Below the pieces are notes generated by a model that was given only the letters and a program-made list of their open reading frames with translations, did no database searches and had not been told where the DNA came from. Position numbers and translations under genes: made by a program. Positions 10,555-22,573 of a stretch of 64,000 nucleotides of DNA are shown in pieces. Each line of letters opens with the position of its first letter. Position 1 is the stretch's first letter. The stretch is from NCBI RefSeq assembly GCF_964213995.1, contig NC_135825.1, forward strand, positions 20,646,001 through 20,710,000, written 5' to 3'. The DNA comes from Mustelus asterias (lineage: Eukaryota).

Positions 10555-11618
10555 CCAGGAGTCTTGGCTTTATTTCCCCTCCCTAACTCTCAGGCACAAT
10601 GCTAATTATAGCAGTCATACCATTGCCTCAACTGACTCCACACAGAGTGGAGATTTCCTGCGACATTCATGAGCTATGGAGGTCATGTAGTGCAGCAGTA
10701 CCACCCGAAGATCTGGGTTCAAGTTCAACACCAGGACTTGTTGGCCACAGAAGGAACATTCATATCACGGTCCACCGGGCTGCTAATCAGTTCAGAAATC
10801 CTTCCACCACTTCCTCCACTATTCACAGAAGGGTAAAACAGTGTGGCTGTGAAGATATGCTTCAACAAAAATCATGCATAGTCATGACTTAGCTTTTCAT
10901 CAATTGGATTCAATGGGGAGGTGGGGAGCAGAGAAAGGGTGCAAAGAAGCTGTTTTTCCTTTCTTTGTCGAGTTGCGTCATGTTGGTTTAAAAGCATAAA
11001 AATACAAATTGCGACACTGAACAGCTGGTTAACTTAAGAACTCAGACCATTAGGAACTATTTGCAAACATTTACTGAAACAGCTGCACTGTTTCCTTACC
11101 TAAAATTGGATAATTTTATAAAAAGAATTATGTGCACAAATGATCTATTCCTCCCACAATCTTTCAGCCAAACCAGCCTCACTTACTTCTCTATTCCACA
11201 TTGTTGTGCATTAACAACTGGTCCATTTCTGTATCCCAGTCTTGCTAATATGCTGAATGCAAGATTCCCAGAGGCATAATCAATTTGTTTGTAGCCACGT
11301 GGCATGTATTTGAGATCAGTGGTGCTTTGCAACAGTTGGATGGATAATGCAGCCGCGCAGACATCACTCAGGTTTAGGCAGCATGCTGTTAGCTTTAGAG
11401 ACAAAAGCAACTTATGCCTGGTGTTTGCCAAGAGAATATATTTCCAGCAAATGTCATCCTGTCTAGCAGTTAATAGGAAATGACCTCAGGAGGCCTGAAA
11501 CTAGAGCATGTGTAAAAGGGGAAGGGCCATAAGGTTGGTGTCTCTTGTTTACTTAGCAGCTGGTATGTAAAAGGATTAGTTTTGAAGGGATAGAGAAGGA
11601 AGAACTATGCAGGCACAG

Positions 11619-14523
11619 TTTTATGATGGCCAAGGAGTATCATCAATAGATCACCCTATGGGCCTTGCAGAATACAAGCTCCCCTATTAGGTGAGTGGAG
11701 GTTTACCCAATAGGGAAGGAGCGGGGAGTGGGGGGGGTGGTTTAAAACCAGCTGGCTTCACTCAGGCTGGCTGTTGATAGACTTGGGACTGACCTGCACT
11801 CTGTAGCCATTGAAGGTGCTGAAGACTGGCCCTGTTAAGAATATTACATTGGCGACGAGGAGTAAACCAATTTTTTTTACTTCCCTCCGAAGCATCTTTA
11901 CTATCGAGACAAGTAATCTTCCAGTTAGAAAATGCTTCTTTTTGGGAAACTTGAAGCCAACAATACAAGTATAAAAAGTTAGGCCCAATACAGAGAGTGC
12001 ATGTGTTACTTTTTAAGGGCCAACAATATGGAGGTGGAAAAATTGAAGTGGATACGAGGGCTGTGGTCCGGGGAACAAACTTTTGACCACCACCTCCAGG
12101 CTGGTATTCAGCTCCTGAACCTAGAAAGCACAAAGGCCAGGCTGGCCACCCGTAAGTGGGAACCATTGCAGATAAAGGGCATCACAGTGACCCTAGTGAC
12201 TTACAGGCAGCAGTCAGCTCGACTTCCACTCATCACTGTACAGGGACAAGGACCCAGCCTCATGAGGAGAGATTGGCTCCAATGCATCGGACTGAACTGG
12301 CTGAAAATCTTTAGGCTAGGCACAGGGGAAGTACTGTGGTGAATTTCTAGCGGGGCTTGGAAAAATAAAGGGAGCCAAAGATTTACATCAACTCTGATGA
12401 TACATCTAAGTATTTTAGAGCGAGACCAGTTCCATACTCCCTGTTCGAGACAGAACTGGAATGCCTGGAAAAGCTAGGCATAATAAAACTCATACAGTTC
12501 GCGGAGTGGGCCGTGCCTGTTGTTCCAGTCTTTAAGCATGATAAATCTGCTTGACTGTGTTGAGACTATAAGCTTACGGTCAATAGAATGTTTCTAAACT
12601 TGACAGATTCCCCATGCTCTGGATTGAAGACCTGTACACCCGATTAACTGGAGGCCAAACATTTTCAAAGTTGGACATGAGCTATGCTATTGACAACTTA
12701 TGAAAACCTCCTATAGCACCGCCCCAGGACCTAGATAGCTAATGCCGATGCATTGAGTCATCTGCTGTTGCTCAGATGTCCAGCTTTATCACTGACTATG
12801 GAAGAAGTCTGCTGACTCTCAACTTTTTGGACAACTTGTCAGTGTCTGCAAGGCAATTCAAGGCCTGGACACAAAAGGTCCCACCCAGTCCTATCTAAAA
12901 TCATAACATTACATGGGGAATTCAGAGGACAGCCCTCAGGTGAAGTGAAACATGACTGGATGAAGAAAGACGAGCTGAGTGGGGGTTGAGAATTGCATCA
13001 TCCTCTCAGGTTCCTGCCTTGTTATCCCTCACCCAGGGCGATGTCCGATACTTATGGAATTAACACCATAACCACCCTGGGATTTCCAAGATGAAAATGC
13101 TAGCCAGGAGCTGGTTTGGTGGCCAGGCCGACATTACCGACTTAGTCAAACATTGAGAGCTATGCCAAGAGAATCAAAAGCTCTTCCCCCTGCCCCACCT
13201 CCTCAAGATCCATGGGAGTTGCCTGGTGGGCCCTGGTGCAATTGCATGTAGACTTTGCAGGGCCTTTTTTGGGCTTCATGTTCCAGATCATGGTCAATGC
13301 GCATTCCAAATGCTGGGAGATACATCGTGTGGATCCACCACTTCCCAAGCTCCCATTGAGAAACTATGACAAAGTTGCTGCACGCCCCAGGGGATACCCG
13401 ATGTCCTGGTGTCTGACAAGGGCACTGCCTTTACTAGCACCAAGTTTCACACCTTCATGCTTTCCAGCGGAATCAAAACACATTTGGACAGCTCCCTATC
13501 ACCCGTCATCAAACGGGTTGGCTGAATGGGCAGTGCAGATCCTTAAGCTCAACATGGAGAAGCAACCTGCAGTGTCCATAGGGACCAAACTGGCGTGATT
13601 TTTATTCGACTACAGGGCTATCCCCCTCAGAATGACAGGAATCACGCCAGTGGAATTGTTAATGGGATGGAGGCTTCAGACAAGATTAAGTTTACTTTTC
13701 CTAAACCCGGCTGGGAGGGAGGAGCCCCAACAACAGACCTAGAAGAACAACTGCGATTCTTCTGATGGTTCTGCAAGGACAGATACACACCATTCAAAAC
13801 TGGTGACCCAGTCCACGTGAGGAACTTCGAGGACAGCCCCAGTTGGGTCCCCAAGATTATAGCAGAAAAAGCAGGGCCCATGTCCTATAATGTCTCAGTG
13901 CAGGGCAAGATTGTCAGAAAACACCTGGACCATTTCCGGAGGAGGGAGCCTGTGCCATTACAGACCTCGTTACCGGCCATGGGGTTGGCCACTGCCAGCA
14001 CCAAACCACACATGGAGGTCAACCCCATGCCTGCCACTCCGGGTAATGAAGATAGCGACTACAACATGGAAGCAGAAGAGATCGACATCTCTACTGAAGC
14101 GAGACCTCAAGAAGAGCCAGAGTTGGTGGCTTTGCGGTGCTTTCTTCGAAAGCGAAGGTCTCCCATTTGTTTCACACCCCTTGATCCAGTCCTGCCCCCA
14201 ACCACTTCAGGCTGATCGGAGTGGGGGAGAAATGGACTTGAGGGGGGGGGGGGGGGGGGGACACACACGTTATGATGGCCAAGGGGGATCATCAATGCAT
14301 CTCCTCGTGCACCTCATTGAAAGAGCCCCTTATTGGAAGAGTGGAGGCTCAACCAATAGGGAAGGAGCAATGGGGGGGTTTAAAACGAGCTGGCTCCACT
14401 CAGACCAGCAGTCGATGGTCTTGGAATTGATCTGTTCTCTATAGCTGTTGAATAGCATTCAGTTATCACTGCAAATAAAAGGGTGATTGGTGACGGAAGA
14501 CTGGCCTCGGTAGGATTATTACA
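11619..14523 (+). mobile_element. Decayed, internally deleted Gypsy/Ty3 LTR retrotransposon
   Basis: LTRs 11619-11848 and 14268-14523, both ending ATTACA. TSD CACAG (11614-11618, 14524-14528). PBS TGGCGACGAGG after the 5' LTR and polypurine tract 14240-14260. Protease/RT remnants and integrase motifs LHVDFAGPF and TAPYHPSSNGLAE. No recognisable gag. Confidence 0.9.
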
Positions 14524-15652
14524 CACAGCATTCCTCCTTTTACCCTCTGCAAAATTCAGATAATTCAACCTGCAATGCTTTGCACCACTTTGCCAGTAAA
14601 TTTAACAATGAATAGTTTAATACTTGGAACATACCCATTCTAAAAGACTTACATATTAGTGTTTTGGAAAATAATATTTTTTATTATTCAACATTTGTTG
14701 TTAGTAATTCATAAGCACATAGGTGAATTAATAATCCATTTACAAACATTTAACTAAAGTCTGAATACATGCGAGGTTTGATGATTATAATTACTTAAGC
14801 CAGAAGTAAAGCCAACTTTTAAAATAGGTGTACCAGGACATCATATGGAATTCATTACAAAATTGCGAAGTAAAGTAGGATGTTTGCTGGAAATTTAATG
14901 AGATGCCAAAACAAGTATTTATGTGGAAAATTTTACTAATGAAATAATTCAGATTGCATTGTATTATAATACATTTAAAGTATCAGAGTTAAAACAACGT
15001 TTGCAATAAAAACTACAATTCCTTCCATAGTTTAAGTCACCGTTCAAAAAGAGAATGATTGAGATTGTCATTTCTAACGCAAGCCACATTCAGACAGAGG
15101 TCTTTCGTCATACGCAGGCAATTCGCAATTGTTATCAAATGGAGTAAATAGGCAGTCATCATAAACAGAATTGCTGATCAAGTTTCATTTGTTCTTGCTG
15201 TGCCACATGAAGAGCCTTGTGGCGCACCACGTGTGTGCGGCAGAGTTGGGGGTGGGGCAGGAAGAGTCCAACCGGGGACAGCACTTGGGGGAGCCCGCCC
15301 CAGGACGAATCACATTGAAAACTGAATGAGGCAGAAAGGGGAGCGGCTTTGTGCACCAGGCATTCAGCGATCATACCCCACCAAATGAATTGAGGTTACA
15401 GGTGGCAAAACTACAGCTGTTATATTCATTTAACTAATTGCACAAAAATAAGACTGCACATTTTAGATTGACATCATTCACCAAGTTCGACTTGTACAGT
15501 TTCACGCTGGAGATTTCAGCATAGTTTCTCTATGGCTTCGTGTATATTATGGCAGTTACGTTATTGTCCACTCTAAGAAAAATTGCTTCCAGCATGCCAG
15601 CGGAACTGCCTCGAGTCCATGGGATCCTGTGCAGTCTTCCAAAAGTTATTTT

Positions 15653-17070
15653 TTATTCTTGGAGAAGGCCAAGCTTTTTCAATGCTTCTCTGCGGTCTTT
15701 ACTGGTTGGCCCTTGTGGTGCAACATGCACATTAAGTCCCTTCGGTGGAGTTTTCTGAAATTTGGCCGAAATATTTATCGTTACTGGAAAGTGCTTCCTT
15801 CCTGGTTTATCAGGCGATACAGCCTCTAATGTCGACCCGTGCCTGTCAGACAAATCTTTTTCTGAGCATATTGACATAGGTCTGGGCTTATTGTATTTGT
15901 TCAGACCAGGAGCAGCCGCAGCAGCGGTTGGCGCAGTACGAGAATACAAAGTGGGCTGGCTATTGTCACTAGCTGTGCCAAACCGCTTTAAGCTACTGGC
16001 CTTTGTGGCACCCAACTGCCACTGTGCCGGGTTCATATTTTTAGCTTGTCCTTCACTTACATTTGTTGTTTTTCTGGCAATAGGGAGTGTGTTGCTCATG
16101 CCAGGATTAAGAGCAGTGGTGCCCGAGACGTTTTGGGCAGACCCTATCTTCACAGCTGGAGGAACCGCTATGTCGGGTGTGGTAAACCTTTTTAAGCTGC
16201 TCGATTTTGTTGAACCCAAATGCCATTGTGCTTTGTTCATGTTCCCGGTAAACATATGTGCCGGCTTATTTGCAGTGGCATTCGTGCCAGGGTCTACAGA
16301 AACGGCAGCTGAATGGTTCAAAGGAGGGCCAATTATAATAGTTGGATGTTTCAAGTGGTTTGTTTTGGTGTCCTTCCCCATCACTTCTAGTTGGTTGGTC
16401 TTGATTTCATTATCCACTGTGACTGCCTGACTGTTGGACGCTGACTCCGTTTGAGAACTCGGAGCATTGTTTTTCTGGCCATCAGGTTCTGACCGCAAGC
16501 CTAGTTTGGCCAAAGCTTCCATTCGGATCTGTTGTGGATCTTCTTCAGTGCTGCTATCCCTCGATAGATTATACCCATTGCTTCGTGGAGCACCTTTTGG
16601 TATTTTATTCTGAAAGTTTGTACTCGATACCATAGGACCATCGTTCTTCTGGAAGTTTCTCAGGATGATGTTGGATGGCAGTTTCCGGGGTTTAGGGGCA
16701 GTGGGAGGACCTGGTCTGGCCTTCTCATCTTTGGGTTCCACCAGCTGATGCTGAAAGGGTGCAGTATGGGACCTCTGTCTAGTATCCCCCGAGAGAATAT
16801 GACTTCTGCTGGATTCCGATACCCGACTGGATAGTGTGCTTTTGCTTTCAGTGCTGAGTTTTGGGCTGTATTTAGGCAGAGTATTTGCTCCAGTTTTAGC
16901 TCGTGCCATCTGTGGGGATGTGGAATCAATGTGGTGCTTATGGCTGTTTGGTGAAACGGCCCGTGGGATTTGAAGTGTTCCAGATTTTGCTCGCACTATC
17001 TGTGGGGATGTGGAGGCAGAGCTGCTCTTGTTATTTGGTGAAATTGCCCGTGGGACTTTCCCATCAAGTT
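15653..17070 (-). CDS. C1orf116: C1orf116/SARG, last coding exon
   Basis: Long Ser/Pro-rich ORF with SARG-family motifs PPTAPKPRKLPSNIIL, RMEALAKLGL and C-terminal RREALKKLGLL. Acceptor ttgttccttaatag, phase 1, matches the upstream exon. Adjacent to YOD1 as in other vertebrates. Confidence 0.9.
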
Positions 17071-17337
17071 CTATTAAGGAACAAAAACACAAAAATAAAT
17101 TAGCAGTGCCACAATAATTAAAAGGGAATCAAAATAGATTCAGCAATTCTTCAAAAGAAAATACAAAGCGAGATGGAAATGCGACAACAATTTCAAATAT
17201 CTACCACGATTTGGACAACTACTGGAAGTTTAGCACAGTCAAACATTTTATTCCTCATCCCTATGGAGTTACTGAGACAGATAACATCCTGTTACATAAA
17301 AGGGCAGGGACATTATACCTTGCAATTCACCATATTT

Positions 17338-17613
17338 AGAGCGGCATGGTGGCACAGTGGTTAGCACTGTTGCCTCACAGGGCCAGGAACCCAGGTTCTA
17401 TTCCTGGCTTGGGTCACTGTCTATGCGGAGTTTGCACGTTCTCCCCGTATCTGCATGGGTTTCCTCCCATAGTCTGAAAGATGTGCTGGTTAGGTGCATT
17501 GGCCATGCTAAATTCTCCCTCAGTGTACCGGAGTATGCGGACTAGGGGATTTTCACAGTAACTTCGTTGCAGTGTTAATGTAAGCCTACTTGTGACACTA
17601 ATAAATAAACTTT
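17338..17613 (+). mobile_element. V-SINE, tail type B
   Basis: gcggcatggtggcacagtggttagcactg...ctaaattctccctcagtgtacc...gattttcacagtaacttcgttgcagtgttaatgtaagcctacttgtgacactaataaataaacttta. Confidence 0.9.
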
Positions 17614-18235
17614 AAAATTAAATGGCTGCTGAACAGCAGCAATGTTTTATCCAGCCTGCCTTTAATGTTTATTTACAACCGTTACACTTTGGCTTTAAGG
17701 CCACTTCGGTTTCAATCGATAGAAGATTGAAGGGGATTGCAAATTCCAGCTGAGTGAGAATAAACCAAAAATGAACTTTTTCTAAAAACACTTGTTTTTG
17801 AGATCGAAATATGATGCCCCCAACACAATGATTAAAATTGTACACATAGACAAGTCAATCTGAACTGATCGCAATTAATTGATTACTGGTAAAGTTTTGA
17901 GATTGTTATCCTCTTTTGTCTTTTTTTCCCCCCATCGCTTTAGATTGTTAATTTATGCAAAATTGCATTCATTTCACATTAAAAATAGACACTGTTGTTC
18001 AATTATATAATTACTCCTCAACATAAATTGGGATTGAAATAGCAAGAAAATAAATCAATATGCCTACTGCTTTTATTTAAACAGGAAAGGTTTAGATAAG
18101 AAGTACAGCAGAAAGCAGAAGCAGTTGGCGGTAATGTTACAGGCACATTTGGAGATGTAGGGCTGTGGGAAAAGACAGAAGGACTCTCATATTGATGGGA
18201 AGTGGAGAAGGATTGTTTCTCGGTCTTTTGGCAAG

Positions 18236-18735
18236 ATTTGATTTGATTTATTGTCACGTACTGGGATAGTGAAAAGCACTGTTTCTTGCGCATTATACAA
18301 GCAAAACATACCATTCATAAAGTACATAGGGAGAAGGAAAGGAGACGGTGCAGAATATTGTATTGCAGTTACAGGTAGGGTGAAGAAAAAAGATCAGCTT
18401 AATGTGTGATAGGACCATTCAAAAGTCTGATGGCAGCAGGGAAGAAGCTGTTCTCGAGTCAGTTGGTATGCGTTTCAGGCTTTTGCACCTTTTTCCTTAT
18501 GGAAGAAGGTGGAGGAAGGTACGTTCAGGGTGCATGGGGTCCTTGATTGTGCTGGCTGCTTTTCCGGGGCAAAAGGAAGTGTAGATGGAGTCAATGGATG
18601 GGAGGCTGGTTTGTGTGATGGACTGGGCTACATTCACAACCCTTTGTAGTTTCTTGCGGTCTTAGTCAGAGCAGGAGCCATGCCAAGCTGCGATACATCC
18701 AGATAGGATGTAAAAATTGGTGAGTCGTAGTGGAT
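18236..18735 (-). mobile_element. Rex1/Babar-type LINE 3' fragment
   Basis: Reverse complement of the 23850-24322 family, with a (gattt)n tail. Confidence 0.8.
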
Positions 18736-20509
18736 CAAGCATCAGATCAATCCCAAGATCAGGTGCCTCATCTTGTCAGCCTTTCTTGTGGGGACAATGA
18801 ATTGAATTCAATTTGAATTTGGTTTTTGGCACAAGGAGATGGATTCAGGTTTACTCTGCGCATTGGCTTTGTAACTAAGATTGGTGAAACTTTAAGAATA
18901 GGAGGAAAAATAATTTTGTAAAAAAGGAGACGGGGAGAAGTATATATAAAAAAAATCAGAAGAACAAATTTGGAGGTTTGGTAACAAAAAGGAAATGCAC
19001 TTAGACAAGACTGACATCCCAAAGTGCCTTCACAGCAAATTACTTCAATTGGAGTCTGCCATCCTGACCCAGTACGGCCTAAATGTGGCTCCAAACCACA
19101 TCAATGTGGTTAATTCTTGACTGCCTTCTGAAAAAGCCAAGCTAGTCACTCAGTTGTGTCAAACTGCTAAAGAAAAATTAAGGAACAAAACCAGATGGAT
19201 CATCTGGTAAGGGATTTCTTTTTTTAAATAAAGCACACCATTTCTTGTTGGCCTTGCAAAGTCGTCCTCATTAACAACAGGATTCCCTCCAAAGTGATGT
19301 GCGGCATTACCACAGTACTAAACGGGATAGATTCAGAACAAATCTTGCTGTTCAAACCCGAACATCCAGAAAGTATTTGACTACAATCTGTAACCACATG
19401 GCCCGGCAGACCCCAGACATTACCATTAAGCTAGGGGAACTAGTTAAACCAGAGTTGGAGAGCATGTCAGGAGCAGCACCATGCATACCTAACAATAAGG
19501 CAGTAACCTGGTGAAGCTACAATACAGGACGTGTATGTATAAAAGCAGAGTACCATTCTGCATACAGAGCTAAGTGATCCCACAACCATAGAATCACGGT
19601 CCTGTCACATGCAGGCAAGAATGGTGGAGGACAATTAAATAATAACTTGAAGACAAAGCTTAACAATTAATCCCATTCTCAAAGACAGCAGAGCCCAGTC
19701 TGGCAGTTCCAAAGACAAGGCATATGCATTTGGCGCCATCTCCAAACAGAAATGCTGAGTAGATAATCCATCTTTTGAGGGACCCAGCACCACAGATGCC
19801 AGTCTTTATATGGCTGAAGACAGTGGATTCAAAACCTATGGGCGCTGACAACATCCTGACTATAGTACTGAAGACCTGGGTTCCGAAACAAGCGGTGTAC
19901 ATAGTAAAGCTACAACATTGGCACCATTCATGACTCCTCATGGTTCACGATACTAAAGCAATCCATTTCCATATGCAGCAAGATAAGGACAACATTCGGG
20001 CTTGGGCTGATAAGTGGCAAGTAACATTCATACCTCACAAGTACCAGGTAATGACCATCTCCAAGAGAGAATCTACCCATCTTCCCTTGACATCCAACAG
20101 CATTATCATTGCTGAATTCCCCACAATCAACCAGAAACTGGGTTGAACAGCCATACAAATACTATGGCTACAAGAGTAAATCAGAGCCTGGGAATTCTGT
20201 GATGAATAAACTCACTGCCTGACTCCACAAAGTCTGTCAACCATCTAAAAAGGTTCAAATTAAGAATGCGATTGAACATTTTCCAATGGCCTTGTGGATG
20301 TGGCTCCAACAACACAAGAAACTCATCATCATCCAGGACAAAGCAGCTCATTTGATTAGTTGCATTATTCAACACCTTAAACATTCTCTTCTTCCACCAC
20401 CAACACATATTGGCAGCAGTGCACACCAGACGTAAGATGCACTGCAGTAACTTAACAGGTCTCCTGTGACAGCATCGTCCAAATCCTGACATTTAGCACT
20501 TAGAACAAG

Positions 20510-20638
20510 GATGTGGAGATGCTGGCGTTGGACTGAGGTGGGCACAGTGAGTCACTTGATGAAGGAGCAGCGCTCCGAAAGCTCGTGATTCCAAATAAAC
20601 CTGTTGCCCTTTAACCTGGTGCTGTGAGACTTCTTACA
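20510..20638. mobile_element. Penelope-terminus mini-insertion containing a hammerhead motif
   Basis: gatgtggagatgctggcgttggactg end plus an inverted segment. Approximate TSD tagaacaagg / taaaacaagg. Confidence 0.75.
20549..20591 (+). ncRNA. Minimal type I hammerhead ribozyme motif
   Basis: gagtcac-TTGATGA-a-ggagc(agc)gctcc-GAAA-gct-c-gtgattc. Stem I gagtcac/gtgattc, stem II ggagc/gctcc, palindromic stem III agct. Core has C3 to U. Confidence 0.65.
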
Positions 20639-20845
20639 TAAAACAAGGGCAGCGGACATATGTGAACACACGCGTCTGTAAATTCCCTTCCAAGCCACAA
20701 CATCCTGATTTAGAAGCACAATTGCCATTCCTTTACTGTTATAGAACCCCCTTCCAAACAGCACAGTACAGCTATACCATATAGACTGCAGCAGTTCAAT
20801 AAGCTGGTCTTGCCAATTCATTCCATGAATGGATGAATAAAACAT

Positions 20846-21136
20846 TTTGAAGTGCAGTTACTGTGGCAACATAGGAAATCTGCATAGCAAGCTCCCACAA
20901 ACAGCAATGAGATGCTCACATAATCTGCATTAGTGATGGCCAAGATAGTGAGTAGAACTCCCCTTCTCCGAGTCATGGGATTGTTTACATCCACCTATGA
21001 GGGCAGACAGACCCTCAATTTAACATCTCATTCAAAAAAAACAGCACACCTTTGCAACACTCTGTCAGTATCCGACTGGAATGTTAGCCTAGATACTGGA
21101 GTGGGACTTGAACCCGCAATCTTCTGACTCAAAGGC
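20846..21136 (-). mobile_element. DeuSINE (SacSINE1/AmnSINE1-like)
   Basis: Reverse complement shows B-box ggttcaagtcccactcca and Deu-domain tgagatgttaaattgagggtctgtctgccctcataggtggatgtaaacaatcccatga. Confidence 0.75.
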
Positions 21137-22009
21137 AACTAATTTATAGCGAGCAGACAATTTACAGTGAACAGGCAAGGTCTAAGTTAAAGCTGAAGGT
21201 AGAAGCAAACTGTGGGTCTGCTTCAGGGGAGGGAGTTGCTTATAAGACTTTGAATTTCAAGAGGTTGAGTGGTTAAGACACTCACTGAGGGAATGCAAGG
21301 CCACAAATGTCAGTGAGAAAAAAGACCAAGGATGAAGCCATGGAGAATAGATTGCAACGATAAATGGTCAAAAACCTGCAAGAGAAATAGGGTTTTCTTT
21401 GCCGCATTGAAGGCAATGGTAAATGTTATAATTGAGTCACTATCATGCGAGAACTGAAATTTGTCAAAACCAAAGCATCGGGTCTAAAAGGAAGTTGCAA
21501 AATGGAATCATCAGCAGATGAGGAACTGTGCTGGATGATGAGTCATTATGTTAAAATAGAATATTAGTCAAGGAGCAGAATCTTTATGGAGGAGGGGGGA
21601 AGCCGGGAATCCACTAACAGTAACAAATGCAATATCAAAAGTAATTATTTTATAGCATATTTTATTTCCCTTTGGGTTATTCAAGTTGGCTGCTTCAGCT
21701 ATTGCACCAGAAGCAAAAATATCCTGGAAGAATGCATTCATCTGTGCCACGCCTATTGCGTAGCTTAAAAAAAAAAATCACAATGTTTACAATTATCAGG
21801 TGTTAGTGCCCCAGGGCACAGGATCCAGATCAAGTTATTTTATACCACAGATTTAGGAATCTGAAATGCAAAAAGGAGGCCATTCAGCCCATTGGGACTT
21901 TATCATCCTTTGCTAGAGCAATCCAAATCTAATTCCACTGGCCTGCTTTCTTCCAGAATTCTGTGCATCTTCCTTCATTTCAAATATACTTTTAGCCACA
22001 TTTTTTTAA

Positions 22010-22318
22010 TTAATTAACGGGATGTGGGTGCCACTGGCTGGGTCAACATTTATTGCCCATTCCTAACTGCCTCCCATTTCAGAGGGCATTTGAGAGTCAA
22101 ACATATTGCTGTGGATCTGGAGTCACATATAGGCCGGACCAAGTAAGGACAGCAGATTTCCTTCCCGAAAGGACGACAATCGACAATGGTTTCATGGTCA
22201 TCATTAGACATTTAATTCCAGATTTTAACTGAATTTAAATTGCTGCCATGAACGAGTAACCAGATCTTGGCCTGGGTCTCTCGATTACTAAGCAAGTGAC
22301 AAGAACACTGCCTCCCCA
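22010..22318 (-). mobile_element. tRNA-headed shark SINE (family of 58267-58590)
   Basis: gggatgtggg...catttattgcccattcctaa...gagtcacatataggccggacc...gatttccttccc...atggtttcatggtcatcattagac. Confidence 0.7.
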
Positions 22319-22368
22319 CATTGAAGATGTGTAAAAATTTACTTCAAAATCAATCTCCAGAGTCTTAC

Positions 22369-22573
22369 CTGCATTTTGACTATATGCCAATTCATGATCT
22401 GGCACGGTAGATTTCTCAAACATGTTCCCAATTTTGGTGGATTGTTCAGTTTGCTCCAATTCATCAGTGGAAACCCCAGTGTTTTCTTCAGTATCCAATG
22501 AATCGATTGTTTCTTCAAGAAACATGAGACATTCCCGCTCTGCTTCCGAGAGATAGTCCAAGCGCTCATCATT
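22369..22573 (-). CDS. C1orf116: C1orf116/SARG, middle coding exon
   Basis: NDERLDYLSEAERECLMFLEETIDSLDTEENTGVSTDE matches the conserved SARG motif (YDFLSTEEKECLLFLEETIGSL). Acceptor tttcaacag, donor G|gtaag, 205 nt, phase 0 to 1. Confidence 0.92.

Larger units (their letters stand above)
19060..20845 (+). mobile_element. Old LINE remnant (same family as 2710-4042)
   Basis: RT C-terminal remnant DNIRAWADKWQVTFIPHKYQVMTIS. Tail ctggtcttgcc...ccatgaatggatgaataaaa. Confidence 0.65.

Noticed and set aside
14240-14260. Long poly-G run (also 10072-10085, 26073-26091, 37125-37140)
   Set aside because: The run at 14240 is an expanded polypurine tract. The others are simple homopolymers whose lengths may be sequencing-dependent.
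15762-16430. 222-aa plus-strand ORF
   Set aside because: Antisense shadow of the C1orf116 exon, with no recognisable protein features.
21568-21766. Possible extra C1orf116 exon after a poly-T/AG acceptor
   Set aside because: In the required phase 1 it hits a stop within four codons, and the flanking exons already join in frame.
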